Shown here in pieces: positions 62,246 to 64,000 of a stretch of DNA of 64,000 nt. This stretch comes from Macrostomum lignano. Taxonomy: Eukaryota. The position numbers were made by a program, and so were the translations under genes. Each line of letters opens with the position of its first letter. Position 1 is the stretch's first letter. The notes under the pieces were generated by a model. The model made no database searches. It had not been told where the DNA came from and was given only the letters and a program-made list of their open reading frames with translations. The stretch spans positions 84,442 to 148,441 of the forward strand of contig NIVC01000138.1 of assembly GCA_002269645.1 (NCBI GenBank), written 5' to 3'.

Positions 62246-63435
62246 TCGCGAGATTTTTTGCCTGTCTTCTACGTGTTGCAGTAGTGTATCTAAGTGTTCT
62301 ATATATGGCAAATTTTCGAAGGCATGATACATAGAAGGCTTCAATTTGTGTGCAGCACAATTGTGCTAGAAGAAATTGTTTCTTGCCCATAATTTTAGTA
62401 AACTTGTAAGTCCAACTTGACTTCCTGTCATCACAGATTCTTTATCTGTTGTAACGTCCCAGTCTTGCAAAACAACTGTCACAATACTATCTTGGGTAAA
62501 TAAATCTTTTAGCATATCATGCTTTGTCTTGTTTCTGTGACTGGCAGTTGCTTAAATCTATAGAAGTACATTATTGGTTTGTTTTTCTCAAGCATCCGGA
62601 AATATATCATTAGGTAACTATTTGTAACTGTATAACTATATATCTTTGTCTTGGAGGACTCTTACTTCTTTGGCCATCAGTCTTAGTCTCTGAATCTGAG
62701 TCCAAATGAATAGCTGTATGTGATTGTTGGATCCACGCTTCAGTATCAGCATTAGTTGATGGGCAAGATTCTATAGCAATAGATTCAGCATGAGCATTGT
62801 GCCATTGTGGTCCCAGCAAGTAGGTCACTGATTTTTCGCGCTATTCTATTTTTTGCACCTAGCTTAAAGTCACGTGGCATGCAGAACCTTGAAAAGGGTG
62901 TACTGTAATTTTTAGGTACAAATTTGTGCCCCACTGGGACCACTGGCCATTGTATAAATTCTGTTTCAAGACATCTAGTTTCTTCATTCATTTCCAAAAC
63001 AGCTTCTCTTTCAGCTAAAATTATTTGAGAAGAGCAATATGCGTGGGTTGTTGCATCTCCACCACAAATCTCAATTTTTTCATTCTGCATAGATAGATCT
63101 CTATTAGAAGCAACAACCTCTGGATTTTGTGCTGCCATTAACAGTCCCTCTGTGTGAGCTTGCTGAACATTAAGATGGTGAGTGCTTCTAGTTCTCTTGA
63201 ATGTGCTGCAGCTGCATCATCACCTAATCCCTAAGCTGCATCTAAGATTGCTAGTAAATTTTATTTTAATATCCAATATGCACCAGAACAATCATTCACT
63301 TCTAGAGTTACACAACCAAGTTTCCATCATGTAAAGAGCAATGGCTTTTGCTCTTCAGCTGCAGAAAGAGGGCACTGGTTGATAGAATAGTCTTCGTGGC
63401 CTTTTTCATCCCATTCACAGGCAGAATTCAATATA

Positions 63436-64000
63436 TGAGGGCTGAGCAATAAGTTTCTGGGTGTGTATAGTTAAGAGGCGGCTAACAAAATCTGACACAA
63501 TAGGTGTCAAGTACATTATATAAGTACAATGTTTGCATAGTTTCAAACACACTGGTCATATATAGCTAGTGCAGCATCCAAACCAAGCTAGCATAGCCAC
63601 TCTATCTATCAAATTCATAATGGAGCTCAATAGAAGTCATTTTAGAACAATGATTTATTACAATTTCAATAGTAGGTTTGTGGCAGCAAGAAAGTCTTGA
63701 GCAATTGCAAGGAGCTTTTGGGGATGAAGAACCTTCTAGATCTACCATTTTTTACTTTTTTTACCAAATTTCAATGCAGCAAGCAGTCTGGATGATGAGG
63801 AGCGCAGCGGCTAGTCTGTCTTTGCAACGACCAAGGATAATGTTGCTGCTGTCTAGGCCATGGTTGAGGATGATGCCCGAGTGACTGTGGCCTAAATAGA
63901 GGCAAAGGTGGATATCTCATCAGGATCCATCAGGATGATCCTGCATTCACAGCTCAACCTAAGCAAGATTTCTGCATGCTAGGTGCCTTATTAGCTGACT
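63436..64000 (+). pseudogene. Mariner transposon left end and decayed transposase (cut by the window edge)
   Basis: TA|tgagggc terminus. From ATG 63620: MELNRSHFRTMIYYNF..ESLEQLQGAFGDEEPSRST..LDDEERSG..VEDDARVT..ILHSQLNLSKISA.*VP, with stops and frameshifts. Confidence 0.85.

Noticed and set aside
62785-63138. 117-aa minus-strand ORF
   Set aside because: No recognisable motif or splice context; AT-rich surroundings suggest decayed repeat sequence.

Overview
Eukaryotic (metazoan) genomic DNA: GC-rich spliced exons separated by AT-rich introns packed with minisatellites and transposons. This style suggests a free-living flatworm such as Macrostomum (inference only). Host genes reconstructed with phase-consistent splice junctions: an ATF4-like bZIP factor with an overlapping uORF, a 9-exon CCDC18-like coiled-coil gene, a single-pass membrane protein, EXOSC1/CSL4, a beta-carbonic anhydrase, ICMT, RPSA, a TMEM160-like gene and RAB14. 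The stand-out object is a 9,775-bp EnSpm/CACTA (CMC) DNA transposon at 6643-16417, with perfect 34-bp TIRs and a 2-bp TG target duplication, lying antisense in intron 6 of the coiled-coil gene. It encodes a spliced DDE transposase, a spliced BEN-domain protein and, between them, an intact 248-aa ORF with the C-terminal domain of CtIP/Sae2 (CxxC + RHR), the MRN cofactor for DNA-end resection and hairpin processing. I know of no described cut-and-paste transposon carrying this domain. The apparent CDK site is replaced by Ala, and the ORF is followed by an 84-bp antisense copy of part of the BEN gene. Also present: IS630/Tc1/mariner derivatives, hAT- and Sola-like MITEs, SINEs and a nested Gypsy remnant. 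Most long ORFs in the supplied track are translations of tandem repeats. All family assignments rest on motifs recognised by eye; no database search was run.
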